From assembly GCA_036259475.1 (NCBI GenBank), contig DATABS010000071.1:3913-67912 (forward strand): DNA of 64,000 nucleotides, in the 5' to 3' direction. This DNA comes from Acidimicrobiia bacterium (GTDB lineage Bacteria > Actinomycetota > Acidimicrobiia > Spongiisociales > ZC4RG35). Numbering within the stretch: position 1 is the stretch's first letter; every line of letters starts with the position of its first letter. The position numbers and the translations under genes are program-made. Under the pieces are notes generated by a model, which was not told where the DNA came from, did no database searches, and saw only the letters and a list, made by a program, of their open reading frames with translations. Positions 42,751 to 52,467 of this stretch are shown piece after piece.

Positions 42751-43089
42751 CTACTCCGATATCCCCGTCTCGGTTTCCGGCTCTACCCGGCTGGCGACCG
42801 CCCGCCGACTCAGACGGATCTGTCCTTGCTCCAGCTCGAGGACCACGTCGTCTCCGTCGAGGCGCGTCACCCGGCCTTTGATGCCCCCGATGGTCTGGAT
42901 CTCGTCGCCGACGGAGAGAGAGGAGGCCAGCTCTTGCTGCTTGCGAGCCCGATTGCGCTGCGGACGGATGATGAGGAAGTAGAAGACTGCCACCATCAGC
43001 AGTAGGAAGATCAAGGTGGAGGTACCACCGGTGGCTTCTTGGGCAAAGACGACAGGGAGCACGTTTTCCTCTCGAGGGCTTGGAAACAA
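42751..43089 (-). CDS. yajC: preprotein translocase subunit YajC
   Basis: LIFLLLMVAVFYFLIIRPQRNRARKQQEL...GDEIQTIGGIKGRVT matches YajC. Confidence 0.9.
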   Translation of the reverse strand: MFPSPREENVLPVVFAQEATGGTSTLIFLLLMVAVFYFLIIRPQRNRARKQQELASSLSVGDEIQTIGGIKGRVTRLDGDDVVLELEQGQIRLSRRAVASRVEPETETGISE

Positions 43090-43094
43090 CGAGA

Positions 43095-44225
43095 TTAGGA
43101 GGACGGCCCCGCCTCACCAACCCTCTCCTCCCGCCGGTCGACCACTGCCGCCTGGTAGTCCTCGAACTGCCCTTCCTCGATCGCCCTGCGAGCCCCGGCC
43201 AGCAGTCGGAACGTGTACGTGAGGTTGTGGAGGGTCACGAGCCGCAGAACCGACAACTCACCAGTGATGAGCAGGTGACGCAGGTAAGCCCGGCTGTAGG
43301 TGTGACACGTGAGACAGGGGCACTCTTCGTCGAGCGGACGGGGATCGGTGGTGAACTCGGCGCGCCGGAGGTTGAAATCGCCCGTTGGGGTCAAGACACG
43401 TCCATGTCGGGCCAGACGCGTGGGCCACACGCAGTCGAACAGGTCGGCGCCTCGGCCGATGGCATCAAGCACGCCCGTAGCGTCGCCCAGCCCCATGGCA
43501 TAGCGGACCTTGCCGTCAGGGAGGTGGTTCATCACCGCCTCGAGGGCGAGGTTGCGCTCCTCCGCGGACTCGCCCACCGAGAGGCCTCCGATGCCGAAAC
43601 CGGCGAATCCCAGTTCGGCGGTGCTCTGGGCGGAGATCGCCCGCAGGTCAGGATCGACTCCTCCCTGGACGATGCCGAAGAGGGCCTGATCGACCCGAGT
43701 GTGGGCCGTCAGCGCTCGCTCCTCCCACCTCAATGTGCGTTCCATGGCCTCGGCGACCACCTGTCTCTCCGCGGGGAGACCCACGAGCACATCCAGACAC
43801 ATGGCGATGTCGGGTCCGAGCAACTCCTGAATCCGGATCGCCTCCTCGGGACTGAGTCGGACCGTCGCTCCGTCGTAGGTGGAACGGAACTCGGCGCCCT
43901 CCTCGGTCACCCGGGGGTCGAGGGAGAAGATCTGGTAGCCCCCCGAGTCGGTGAGGATCGGCCTGTCCCAGCCCATGAAGCCATGGAGGCCGCCCAGGTC
44001 GGCTATCACTTCGGCTCCGGGACGCAGCATCAGGTGATACGTGTTGGCCAGCACGATCTCGGCTCCGACCTCCGCCAGATCCCGGACGTCGAGGGCCCGA
44101 ACGGTCGCCCTGGTACCGACGGGCATGAACGCCGGGGTGGCAACCGTGCCGTGCGTGAGACTCAGCCGGCCGGCCCGAGCCGAACCGTCGGCATGCTCGA
44201 GGTTCCACTCGACGGCGTGGGTCAT
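43095..44225 (-). CDS. tgt: tRNA-guanine transglycosylase
   Basis: Tgt catalytic motifs (TDSGGYQ) and the zinc site CxCxxC...H are present. The ATG at 44225 forms an ATGA overlap with the queA stop; the ORF upstream of it is junk. Confidence 0.9.
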   Translation of the reverse strand: MTHAVEWNLEHADGSARAGRLSLTHGTVATPAFMPVGTRATVRALDVRDLAEVGAEIVLANTYHLMLRPGAEVIADLGGLHGFMGWDRPILTDSGGYQIFSLDPRVTEEGAEFRSTYDGATVRLSPEEAIRIQELLGPDIAMCLDVLVGLPAERQVVAEAMERTLRWEERALTAHTRVDQALFGIVQGGVDPDLRAISAQSTAELGFAGFGIGGLSVGESAEERNLALEAVMNHLPDGKVRYAMGLGDATGVLDAIGRGADLFDCVWPTRLARHGRVLTPTGDFNLRRAEFTTDPRPLDEECPCLTCHTYSRAYLRHLLITGELSVLRLVTLHNLTYTFRLLAGARRAIEEGQFEDYQAAVVDRREERVGEAGPSS

Positions 44226-45286
44226 CTGGCCTGCCCATGGCGGTCGGCGAGCATGGCGTCCCCGAAACTCAAGAACCGGTAGCGCCGGTCCAGCGCCGTC
44301 GTGTAGGCGTGTCGCCAACCGTCGCCCATGAAGGCGGCCACCATGCAGATAAGTGTTGATCCGGGGAGGTGGAAGTTCGTGACCAGGCGGTCGACCACCT
44401 GGAACTCGAACCCCGGGGTGATGAAGAGGTCGGTGCTGCCTTCGCCCGGCTGAAAGGCTCCGCCGGTCCAGACCGATTCCAGAGCCCGCACCGTGGTCGT
44501 GCCGATTGCCACGATCGCCCCGCCGTTCGCCTTGGTGCGGTCGATCGCATCGACTGTGGCGTCGGGCACCACGTAACTCTCGCGATGCATGACATGATCC
44601 TCCACCCGGTCGGTGGTGATCGGTCGAAATGTCCCCAGACCAACCCGGAGCTCGATCCACGCGATTGCGACGCCGCGTTCCCGCAGTCCGGCGAACACCC
44701 GGTCGGTGAAGTGGAGGCCCGCAGTGGGCGCCGCCGCCGAGCCGGGCGAGCGAGCGTAAATCGTTTGATATCGCTCGGGCCGTTCGAGCTTCTCCGTGAT
44801 GTAAGGCGGAAGGGGCATCTCGCCCGCTTCCTCGATGGCCGCCTCGATATCGCCGACCGAGCCGAATCGAAGAGCGACGATCCCTTCCTGCGGATCCGAC
44901 GTCACCTCGATCTCCAGCCCCTGGACGTCGATGCGGGAACCGGTCTCGAGCTTGCGGGCGGGCCGGGCGAGTGCCTTCCAGGTCTCATCCGGTCGCCGCT
45001 CGAGCAGAAGAAGCTCTACCGCCCCTCCGCCTGGTCGTCTTCTCCCCCGCAACCTGGCCGCCCTCACCCGGGTGTCATTCAAGACGACCAGATCTCCGGG
45101 CTCGAGCAGCGACGGCAACTCATGAAACCGGTGGTCGCTGAGGTCCGAAGTCACCAACAGGCGGGCCGCATCCCGCGGCTCCACGGGATGCTGGGCGATC
45201 GCCTCATCGGGCAGGTCGTAGGTGAAGTCGGAGGTGCGCACGGGTGCCGTGACGGTACTGACGTCGCCCCAGCAAGTCCCAAGCAT
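44222..45286 (-). CDS. queA: S-adenosylmethionine:tRNA ribosyltransferase-isomerase
   Basis: SDFTYDLPDEAIAQHPVEPRD and ...RFLSFGDAML are QueA-family. The true start may be the GTG at 45241. Confidence 0.9.
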   Translation of the reverse strand: MLGTCWGDVSTVTAPVRTSDFTYDLPDEAIAQHPVEPRDAARLLVTSDLSDHRFHELPSLLEPGDLVVLNDTRVRAARLRGRRRPGGGAVELLLLERRPDETWKALARPARKLETGSRIDVQGLEIEVTSDPQEGIVALRFGSVGDIEAAIEEAGEMPLPPYITEKLERPERYQTIYARSPGSAAAPTAGLHFTDRVFAGLRERGVAIAWIELRVGLGTFRPITTDRVEDHVMHRESYVVPDATVDAIDRTKANGGAIVAIGTTTVRALESVWTGGAFQPGEGSTDLFITPGFEFQVVDRLVTNFHLPGSTLICMVAAFMGDGWRHAYTTALDRRYRFLSFGDAMLADRHGQAR

Positions 45287-45304
45287 GCGTCGGTGGGGCG
45301 GCCC

Positions 45305-46312
45305 TCAAAGGAGTGTGGACTGTCCGGGCTTCTCGACCCCCAGGTGGCGGTAGGCGAAGTCGGTGGCGATGCGACCGCGGGGCGTTCTCTGGATCAGACC
45401 CATCTGGAGGAGAAAGGGCTCGTAGGCGTCCTCCACGGTCTCCGGCTCCTCTCCCACGGCGATGGACAGGGTTCCCAGTCCCACCGGTCCCCCATCGAAC
45501 TTCAGGACTATCGCCTCGAGAATCGCCCGGTCGACCTTGTCGAGACCGAGCTGGTCGACTTCGAACACCGCCAGCGCCTGGTCGGCGACTTCGGCATCGA
45601 CGTGACCGTCGGCCCGGGCGACGGCGTAGTCACGCACCCGGGCCAGCAGCCGGTTGGCGATGCGGGGCGTCGATCGGCTACGGCAGGCGATCTCAGAAGC
45701 GGCCCCCGCTTCGACGTCCACGCCCAAGATCGACGCCGAGCGAAGGACGATGGTCGCCAGCTCGGGATCGGTGTAGTAGTCGAGCTTCTCTTCGATGCCG
45801 AAACGGTCACGGAGCGGCGCCGTGACCGTGCCTTTGCGCGTCGTGGCCCCCATCAGCGTGAATCGGGGAAGATCGAGCCGGATCGACTGGGCGGTGGGCC
45901 CCTTGCCGAGGACGATGTCGATGACGAAGTCCTCCATCGCCGAGTACAGGACCTCCTCGACGGTCCGGGGAAGGCGGTGGATCTCGTCGATGAAAAAGAC
46001 GTCTCCCGCCTCGAGATTAGAGAGGATGGCGGCCAGGTCGCCGGGACGTTCCAGCGCCGGACCGGAGGTGATCCGCAGATCGGTGCCCATCTCCGCCGCC
46101 ACGATGCCGGCCAGGGTCGTCTTTCCCAGACCGGGCGGCCCGGACAGGAGGATGTGGTCGAGAGACCGTTCCTCCGTGCGCGCCGCGTCGATGGAGATCC
46201 ACAGACGTTCCTTGACCTTCTCCTGTCCGACGAAGTCGTCGAGACGCCGGGGCCGGAGACTCAGCTCTAGCTCGTCGTCGAGAGTGGGGCTGAGCAGGCT
46301 GTCCTCACGCAC
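45305..46312 (-). CDS. ruvB: Holliday junction branch migration ATPase RuvB
   Basis: AAA+ motifs [11 protein letters not shown] and FIDEIHRL plus the RuvB C-terminal winged helix. Confidence 0.95.
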   Translation of the reverse strand: MREDSLLSPTLDDELELSLRPRRLDDFVGQEKVKERLWISIDAARTEERSLDHILLSGPPGLGKTTLAGIVAAEMGTDLRITSGPALERPGDLAAILSNLEAGDVFFIDEIHRLPRTVEEVLYSAMEDFVIDIVLGKGPTAQSIRLDLPRFTLMGATTRKGTVTAPLRDRFGIEEKLDYYTDPELATIVLRSASILGVDVEAGAASEIACRSRSTPRIANRLLARVRDYAVARADGHVDAEVADQALAVFEVDQLGLDKVDRAILEAIVLKFDGGPVGLGTLSIAVGEEPETVEDAYEPFLLQMGLIQRTPRGRIATDFAYRHLGVEKPGQSTLL

Positions 46313-46883
46313 GGCGAGCCTGTCCCAGCGCCTTCAGGGCGCTCTTGATCTGTGCCTCCACGGGTAGGTCGCCATCGAGGTCGGCCACCACGTCGTTTAT
46401 CTCGTCGGGGCGGTAGCCGAGTTGCTCGAGTGCCTGTCGCACCTGAGCCGGACCGGTCCCCGTGACGACCTCCGCCTCGCGTTCGGCGAGTTTGGGGCGA
46501 AGCTCCAAGATGATCTTCTGGGCGGACCGCTTCCCCACGCCAGGAGCGGTGCTCAGCGCGCCTACGTCTTCGGTCAGGATCGCCCGGCGCAGCTGATCGG
46601 CGCGCAGGGTCGCCATCAGAGCCATCGCCACCCGCGGGCCAACCCCGCTGGCCGAGATCACGATGCGAAACAGGTCACGGTCGGAGGATTGGGTGAACCC
46701 GAAGAGACTCATGTCGTCCTCCCGCACCTGCAGGTGGGTGTGGACCACGACCTCGTCGCCGATCGGCGGCAGATCGGCTACCGCCTCGGGAGTCATGGCG
46801 ACCTCGTAGCCCACTCCGGAGACGTCGACGACGACGCCGCCCGGACCCACTTGGGAGAGGGTTCCTCGCAGGCGGCCGATCAT
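46305..46883 (-). CDS. ruvA: Holliday junction branch migration protein RuvA
   Basis: MIGRLRGTL... is a canonical RuvA start. The ATG at 46883 overlaps the ruvC stop (ATGA), and the listed longer ORF start is unlikely. Confidence 0.92.
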   Translation of the reverse strand: MIGRLRGTLSQVGPGGVVVDVSGVGYEVAMTPEAVADLPPIGDEVVVHTHLQVREDDMSLFGFTQSSDRDLFRIVISASGVGPRVAMALMATLRADQLRRAILTEDVGALSTAPGVGKRSAQKIILELRPKLAEREAEVVTGTGPAQVRQALEQLGYRPDEINDVVADLDGDLPVEAQIKSALKALGQARRA

Positions 46884-47386
46884 CGCCGAACTCCCCCGAC
46901 GCGCCGGGTTTCGGCTGCCAGCGGAGCCGAGCGCAGGTGGCAAAGTGCCACGGCCAGGGCATCGGCTGCATCGGCGGGGCGGGGGGCCGAAGTCAGACGC
47001 AGGAGGCGGGCGACCATCTCCGCCACAGCCCCCTTGTCCGCCGCCCCGTCACCCGTGACGGCCGCTTTCACGGCCGTCGGGGCATACTCGGTCACCTCCA
47101 ACCCCGCTTCGGCGGCAGCCAGGATCGCCACACCGGACGCCCGACCCACCGAGATCGCCGTGTTGAGATTGCGGTTGGTGAATACCGACTCCAGGCAAAC
47201 CACGTCGGGTCGATGCTCACCTATCAGTCCGACGAGCTCACGATGGAGTCGGGCCAGGCGTTGTCCAATCGTGAGGTCCCTCGCAGTCCGAATGACCCCG
47301 GCGGCGATCGCCCGGGGTGGGTTGCCCGAGTGGACGAGCCCATAGCCGGTGACGGTGAGGCCCGGATCGATTCCCAGTACGAACAT
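46880..47386 (-). CDS. ruvC: crossover junction endodeoxyribonuclease RuvC
   Basis: MFVLGIDPGLTVTGYG is a canonical RuvC start. The alternative start at 47431 would overlap the yebC stop. Confidence 0.9.
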   Translation of the reverse strand: MFVLGIDPGLTVTGYGLVHSGNPPRAIAAGVIRTARDLTIGQRLARLHRELVGLIGEHRPDVVCLESVFTNRNLNTAISVGRASGVAILAAAEAGLEVTEYAPTAVKAAVTGDGAADKGAVAEMVARLLRLTSAPRPADAADALAVALCHLRSAPLAAETRRVGGVRR

Positions 47387-47427
47387 GTGTTCTGAGCCTA
47401 GTGGTTGGCACCGACGCCCTCCGGTAA

Positions 47428-48177
47428 TCAAGCTTCGGCCAGAACCTTTTCCATCACCGTGTCGTCTATGTCGTAGTTGGAGAAGACCGCCTGGACGTCA
47501 TCCAGGTCGTCGAGGGCATCGATGAGTCGCAGGAGCTTCTTGGCGTCCGATTCCCCCACCGGCACCGTCGCCGAAGGAATCTGCGTGACGTCGGCATTCT
47601 CGACGGTGAGACCCGCCTCGCTGATCGCCGAGCGAACCTCGCCCAGTTCGGATGGGGCGGTTATCACCTCGTACATCCCGTCGCCGGAGTCCCGGATGTC
47701 CTCGGCGCCGGCTTCCAGGGCGGTGAGCATGATTTCGTCCTCGTCGCCTACCACCAGGATGCTTCCCTTCTGGCTGAAGAGGTACCCGACCGAGCCCGGT
47801 TCTCCGAGATTGCCTCCGTTTCGGGTGAAGGTCGAGCGGACGTCCGAGGCCGCCCGGTTGCGGTTGTCCGTGAGGATCTGCACATACAGCGCCACTCCGC
47901 CCGGTCCATAACCCTCGTACCAGATCTCCTCGTATACCGCCCCCTCCACCTCACCGGTCCCCCGCTTGATCGCCCGCTCGATGTTGTCATTGGGCATCGA
48001 GGCGGCTTTCGCCTTGTCCACTGCGGTGGCGAGTGTCGGATTGAAGCCCGGATCGCCTCCTCCCTGCCGGGCAGCGACCTCGATACCCTTGGCCAGCTTG
48101 GCGAAGAGCTTGCCTCGCGCGGCGTCCTGGCGTCCCTTGCGGTGCTTGATGTTCGCCCATTTGGAATGTCCGGCCAT
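47428..48177 (-). CDS. yebC: YebC/PmpR-family DNA-binding transcriptional regulator
   Basis: MAGHSKWANIKHRKG is the family-defining N-terminus. Confidence 0.93.
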   Translation of the reverse strand: MAGHSKWANIKHRKGRQDAARGKLFAKLAKGIEVAARQGGGDPGFNPTLATAVDKAKAASMPNDNIERAIKRGTGEVEGAVYEEIWYEGYGPGGVALYVQILTDNRNRAASDVRSTFTRNGGNLGEPGSVGYLFSQKGSILVVGDEDEIMLTALEAGAEDIRDSGDGMYEVITAPSELGEVRSAISEAGLTVENADVTQIPSATVPVGESDAKKLLRLIDALDDLDDVQAVFSNYDIDDTVMEKVLAEA

Positions 48178-48184
48178 GGCTCTC

Positions 48185-48760
48185 CTAGGAGTTGGACTCG
48201 ACGAGGTCGAGGAAGATGCGATGGATACGGTCGTCGGCCGTCAGTTCGGGGTGGAACGACGTCGCCAGGATTCGATCCTGGCGGACCATCACCGGATGGT
48301 CTCCCACCCGGGCGAGCACCTCCACGGCCGCGCCGGTCTTTTCGACCCAGGGGGCGCGGATGAACACGGCGTGAAACGGCTCTTCCAGACCCTCCACGTC
48401 GAGGTCGGCTTCGAAGGAGTCGTTCTGGCGTCCGAACGCGTTGCGCTGCACGACGATGTCGAGGGCGCCGAGCAGCGGCTGGGTTCCCTCAGTGACGGAG
48501 CCGGCGAGGAATATGAGACCGGCGCAGGTGCCGAAAACCGCCATGCCGTCGTCGATCCGCCGGCGCAGGGGCTCGAGCAGTCCAAACCTCTCGGCCAGCT
48601 TGCCGATCGTCGTCGACTCGCCACCGGGGATGATGACTCCATCGATGTCGGTCAACGCCTCCGGCGTCTTGAGAGCGCTTGCCTCTGCTCCCAGCGCCTC
48701 GGTAGCCCGCAGATGCTCCCGGACGTCACCCTGCAGGGCGAGCACACCCACGCGGGGCAC
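48185..48760 (-). CDS. pdxT: pyridoxal 5'-phosphate synthase glutaminase subunit
   Basis: GVLALQG...GTCAG catalytic-Cys motif in a 191-aa protein. Confidence 0.93.
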   Translation of the reverse strand: MPRVGVLALQGDVREHLRATEALGAEASALKTPEALTDIDGVIIPGGESTTIGKLAERFGLLEPLRRRIDDGMAVFGTCAGLIFLAGSVTEGTQPLLGALDIVVQRNAFGRQNDSFEADLDVEGLEEPFHAVFIRAPWVEKTGAAVEVLARVGDHPVMVRQDRILATSFHPELTADDRIHRIFLDLVESNS

Positions 48761-48763
48761 GGA

Positions 48764-49645
48764 TTACCAGCCCCTGCTCGCCAGTCGCTCCGACTCGGCC
48801 AGCCGCTCGATCTCGATGCCCGACATTGCCTCGCCCAGGCCGGTCGACACCTTGGCCACCTTGTCGGCGTCCTCCCAATAGGTGGTGGCCTCGACGATCG
48901 CCCGGGCGTATGCCTCGGGATCCGAGCTCTTGAAGATGCCGGAGCCGACGAAGACGCCGTCGCAGCCCAACGCCATCATTAGGGCGGCGTCGGCCGGTGT
49001 CGCCACACCGCCGGCGGCGAAGTTGACTACCGGCAGCCGGCCCTCTTGGCGGACGAGGCGGACCAGTTCCACGGGCGCTCCGTGGTCGCGGGCGGCCGCC
49101 ATCAGTTGCTCGTCGGTGAGCCGCGTGGCGACGGCGATCTCGTTGTTCATCGTGCGCATGTGTCGGACGGCCTCGACCACGTTTCCTGTCCCGGCCTCAC
49201 CCTTGGTGCGGATCATCGCCGCCCCCTCGCCGATCCGACGCAGCGCCTCACCGAGGTTGCGGGCCCCACACACGAATGGAGTGGTGAAAGCCCACTTGTC
49301 GATGTGATGCTCCTCGTCGGCCGGAGTGAGCACCTCCGACTCGTCGATGTAGTCAACCTCGAGCGCTTCCAGGACCCGCGCTTCGAGAAAGTGGCCGATG
49401 CGGGCCTTCGCCATCACCGGGATGCTGACCGCTTCCTGGATCTCCTGGACCTTGGTGGGATCGGCCATCCGGGCGACGCCGCCCTGGCGGCGAATGTCGG
49501 CCGGTACGCGCTCGAGAGCCATGACAGCCACGGCCCCGGCCTCCTCGGCGATGACTGCCTGCTCGGCGGTGACGACATCCATGATGACGCCGCCCTTGAG
49601 CATCTCGGCCAGGCCTCGCTTGACCAGTTCGGTTCCACGTTCCAC
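48764..49645 (-). CDS. pdxS: pyridoxal 5'-phosphate synthase lyase subunit
   Basis: [11 protein letters not shown] and IPVMAK...[12 protein letters not shown] are present; PdxS is highly conserved. Confidence 0.96.
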   Translation of the reverse strand: MERGTELVKRGLAEMLKGGVIMDVVTAEQAVIAEEAGAVAVMALERVPADIRRQGGVARMADPTKVQEIQEAVSIPVMAKARIGHFLEARVLEALEVDYIDESEVLTPADEEHHIDKWAFTTPFVCGARNLGEALRRIGEGAAMIRTKGEAGTGNVVEAVRHMRTMNNEIAVATRLTDEQLMAAARDHGAPVELVRLVRQEGRLPVVNFAAGGVATPADAALMMALGCDGVFVGSGIFKSSDPEAYARAIVEATTYWEDADKVAKVSTGLGEAMSGIEIERLAESERLASRGW

Positions 49646-49647
49646 GG

Positions 49648-50694
49648 TTACTCCTTCCGGGCGTCAATGGTAGTTCGATGACGAATAACCGCCGATTCGT
49701 AAGCTGCCCGGTAGAGACCCAGCACCCGCCCCCAGTCGAAGCGGGAGGCGGCCTCCTGCGCCCGCTCGGCGAGGGTCTCGCGGCGCCCTCCGTCGGTGAG
49801 GAGGAGAGCCACTTCGCGGGATAGCTCCTCGGCGTCTCCGGGTCGCACGAGGACGCCGGTGCCCGCCAGGACGGCGTCGAAAGCCGGAAGATCCGAGGCG
49901 ACGACCGCGCAGCCGGCCGCCATCGCTTCCGCGACCGTGATGCCGAAACTCTCCCCGCCGAGGTTGGGGGCAACCATCACCGACGCCGACGCCAGCGTGG
50001 CTCGCTTCGTCTCTTCGTCGACCCTGCCCCGGAATTCGACGCCCGGCACGGTCCGGCTATGTCCCCGCCCGAGCACCACCAGCTCTGCGTCCGAAACGGT
50101 CCGGCGGATCGCCGACCACGCCGCCAGCAGCACCTCCAGGCCCTTGCGAGGATCGTCGCGACCCAAGAACACGACCCGGTGGGCGCGACGCGGGACCGGT
50201 ACCCGGTAAGAGGGCACGTCGATGGCGTTGGGAATGATCACCGGCTCGCCCCATCGGACGGGCAGTGCTTCTGCCGCCACCGCGCTGGCCGCCGTGACGA
50301 CTGAGTCGCCCAGGAGGCGCCGACCGATTCTGGAAGCGGACCGATACACACGGCGAGTCCAGGGCGCCGGGTCGGCGTGGAATGTGGCCACCGTCGGCTT
50401 GTCGAGGGTGAGAGCGGCCCAGCCGACGACGGGAATGAACGGCTCGTGGACGTGGACGACGTCGACGTCCGCCAGCCGGCGTCGGATGGAGGCGATGGCG
50501 CGGGGGTCGAGGGAGAGCGGCACGCTTGATCGGTTGGCGGACACCGAAACGGTGCGGCCGGTCTCCGGAGTGCCCGGTCCGACCAGCCGCGGGTCGTCGC
50601 CCGCCTCGGCGAGCCGGACGGCCAACTCCCGGCACAGCTGCTGGACGCCTCCGTCGGTGGTGAGGTCATAGGGGCAGACGATCCCGATACGCAT
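49648..50694 (-). CDS. pimA: GT4-family glycosyltransferase, probable phosphatidylinositol mannosyltransferase (PimA-like)
   Basis: It has a GT-B fold with the EX7E-like region ([16 protein letters not shown]). Synteny pgsA-acyltransferase-GT4 matches the actinobacterial PIM locus. Confidence 0.65.
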   Translation of the reverse strand: MRIGIVCPYDLTTDGGVQQLCRELAVRLAEAGDDPRLVGPGTPETGRTVSVSANRSSVPLSLDPRAIASIRRRLADVDVVHVHEPFIPVVGWAALTLDKPTVATFHADPAPWTRRVYRSASRIGRRLLGDSVVTAASAVAAEALPVRWGEPVIIPNAIDVPSYRVPVPRRAHRVVFLGRDDPRKGLEVLLAAWSAIRRTVSDAELVVLGRGHSRTVPGVEFRGRVDEETKRATLASASVMVAPNLGGESFGITVAEAMAAGCAVVASDLPAFDAVLAGTGVLVRPGDAEELSREVALLLTDGGRRETLAERAQEAASRFDWGRVLGLYRAAYESAVIRHRTTIDARKE

Positions 50695-50766
50695 CAGCGC
50701 GCCGTGGCGAGCATGCCGCCGCTCACCGGTGACTCCAGCCCACGGTACGACCGGTGGTTGGCGAGC

Positions 50767-50785
50767 GTGGAACTTTGGGTTCTAG
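50767..50785. repeat. isolated fourth copy of the 19-bp core GTGGAACnnnnGGTTCTAG (here gtggaactttgggttctag) in the pimA upstream region
   Basis: It is identical to the aroC-upstream tandem repeat core except for the 4-nt centre, and lies in a 204-bp spacer 5' of pimA on the minus strand. Confidence 0.7.
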
Positions 50786-50898
50786 ACAACGCCTGAGGGG
50801 TCTGCAGCCCGCGGTTCGTGCCTCGTCTTCGCTGCGAATTGGGCGGGCGTCACACATGAGCTGCGGTCTCGACCTACCGCCGGCTCCTGGCCCCTGAG

Positions 50899-51789
50899 TC
50901 ATGCCTTGTCCGACGGCCAGTTGGGCTGCACGAGGTGCCATTGGCCGGGATCCCGGAGGATCATCTCCTCCAGCTTGGCCGCGATAACCTGAACCGACTC
51001 CGTTGGTGTGGCGCCTTCCGGGAACTCGAGGGGCGGATGGATCACCGCATGGTGGCCCGGTCCGTCCTTGAAGTAGATCGCTACGGGGATGATCGGTGCT
51101 CCGGCGTTCCGGGCGATCGAGACAGGGCCGAGCGGGAGTGTGGTCTCCTCGCCGAAGAACTCGACGCCCACTCCCCGGCCGGAGATGTCGCGGTCGGACA
51201 ACAGGCAGACAGCCTTACCGTCCTTGACCGCCCGCACCAGCTTGGGACCCAACCGACCCTGGCCGGTGAGGATGATCTCGATCCCGAACATGCTCCGCTG
51301 GTGCGTGAACCACTCGGTGATCCGCTGGTTGGCGAGGCGCTCGGCCACCGCCACGACCGTCAGGTCGAGGTGGAGTCCGATCAGGGCGGCGATCTCCCAG
51401 TTACCCAGATGCGGCAGGACCACGATCATTCCCTTCCCCGCCGCCATCGCCTTCTCCAGGTTCTCGATGCCGTCGACGGTCATCGAGGACCACAATGAGG
51501 AGAACCGCCGGGGTCTCACCCAAAAAGACTCGGCCCAATACCGCCCGTAGGACATGAACACCCGGCGGGCGCTCGAGGCGGGCTGGCCGAGGCGTTGCAT
51601 GTGGCGGCGGGCGATCCGGCGACGGGCGGGATCCACGGCGTACCACACGAGACCCCCCCACCTTCCCAGCCGGCGGATGGCCGCCTCCGGCAACATCCCG
51701 AGGAAGCCAACCGCCAGACGCAAGGCAGCGAAGGAGACCCACTGCATCGCCCGTCCAGTTCGCTCCACGGCCGATCGCCGGTCAGACAT
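50899..51789 (-). CDS. lysophospholipid/lauroyl acyltransferase (LPLAT/HtrB-like; PIM acyltransferase-like)
   Basis: It is LpxL/HtrB-family (WAESFW, PHLGNWE), at the position of mycobacterial PatA. Confidence 0.75.
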   Translation of the reverse strand: MSDRRSAVERTGRAMQWVSFAALRLAVGFLGMLPEAAIRRLGRWGGLVWYAVDPARRRIARRHMQRLGQPASSARRVFMSYGRYWAESFWVRPRRFSSLWSSMTVDGIENLEKAMAAGKGMIVVLPHLGNWEIAALIGLHLDLTVVAVAERLANQRITEWFTHQRSMFGIEIILTGQGRLGPKLVRAVKDGKAVCLLSDRDISGRGVGVEFFGEETTLPLGPVSIARNAGAPIIPVAIYFKDGPGHHAVIHPPLEFPEGATPTESVQVIAAKLEEMILRDPGQWHLVQPNWPSDKA

Positions 51790-52402
51790 CGATGCGGTGA
51801 TAGGTGGAGACGAAGCGTTGAATAGCCGTCAGCCAGACCGTCACCACCATCACCCACAGCATGGGTTCGACCAGACCGGTGAACAGACCGAGCGCAAACA
51901 GGATGACCCGCTCCGCCCGTCCCATGAAGCCGTTCTTGCCTGCCAGGCCCACCGACTCCGCTTTGGCCCGCAGATAAGGCACCAGCATCGCCCCACCGAC
52001 GGAAAGTACGATGAGCAGCAGGACCCGGGCGTTGCCCTCCATGGCGAAGGCGAGGGCGGCGAATGACGCGATCTCGCCGATTCGGTCGCTTCCGGCGTCG
52101 AGGAAAGCGCCCCGTGCGGTGACCGAGCCGGCGGCCCGGGCGACGGTTCCATCGAGGCCGTCGAGAGCCGAGCCGAGCAAGGCGATCAGGGCCCCCGTGG
52201 CGAGATAGCCCAGGGCGATCACGACTGCGCCGGCGATAGTCACGGCCAGCCCGATGGCTGTCATGACGGCGGGGGTGACGCCAACACCGGCGAGAAAACC
52301 CCCGATGGGTCCGAGGAAACCCTGGAGGTGGGGCCGGACTCGAGTGTCGATCACGAGAACGTCAACGTAACAGATCCGGTCGGAGCGTAGGGTCGTTGGC
52401 AA
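51782..52402 (-). CDS. pgsA: CDP-alcohol phosphatidyltransferase (phosphatidylinositol-phosphate synthase-like)
   Basis: It has the motif DGLDGTVAR...G...AGSD and multiple TM helices. The N-terminal boundary is uncertain. Confidence 0.8.
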   Translation of the reverse strand: MPTTLRSDRICYVDVLVIDTRVRPHLQGFLGPIGGFLAGVGVTPAVMTAIGLAVTIAGAVVIALGYLATGALIALLGSALDGLDGTVARAAGSVTARGAFLDAGSDRIGEIASFAALAFAMEGNARVLLLIVLSVGGAMLVPYLRAKAESVGLAGKNGFMGRAERVILFALGLFTGLVEPMLWVMVVTVWLTAIQRFVSTYHRIDV

Positions 52403-52467
52403 GCGGCAGGGTGCGGACCGGAACCGGCATTCCTATGATCGCAACCCCGGCAAAAAGAGGAGGTCCG

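Noticed and set aside
50695-50898. tRNA gene or small RNA in the 204-bp pimA-acyltransferase spacer
   Set aside because: There is no T-loop (GGTTCGAATCC-like) or cloverleaf-compatible arms. The only notable element is the 19-bp repeat core.
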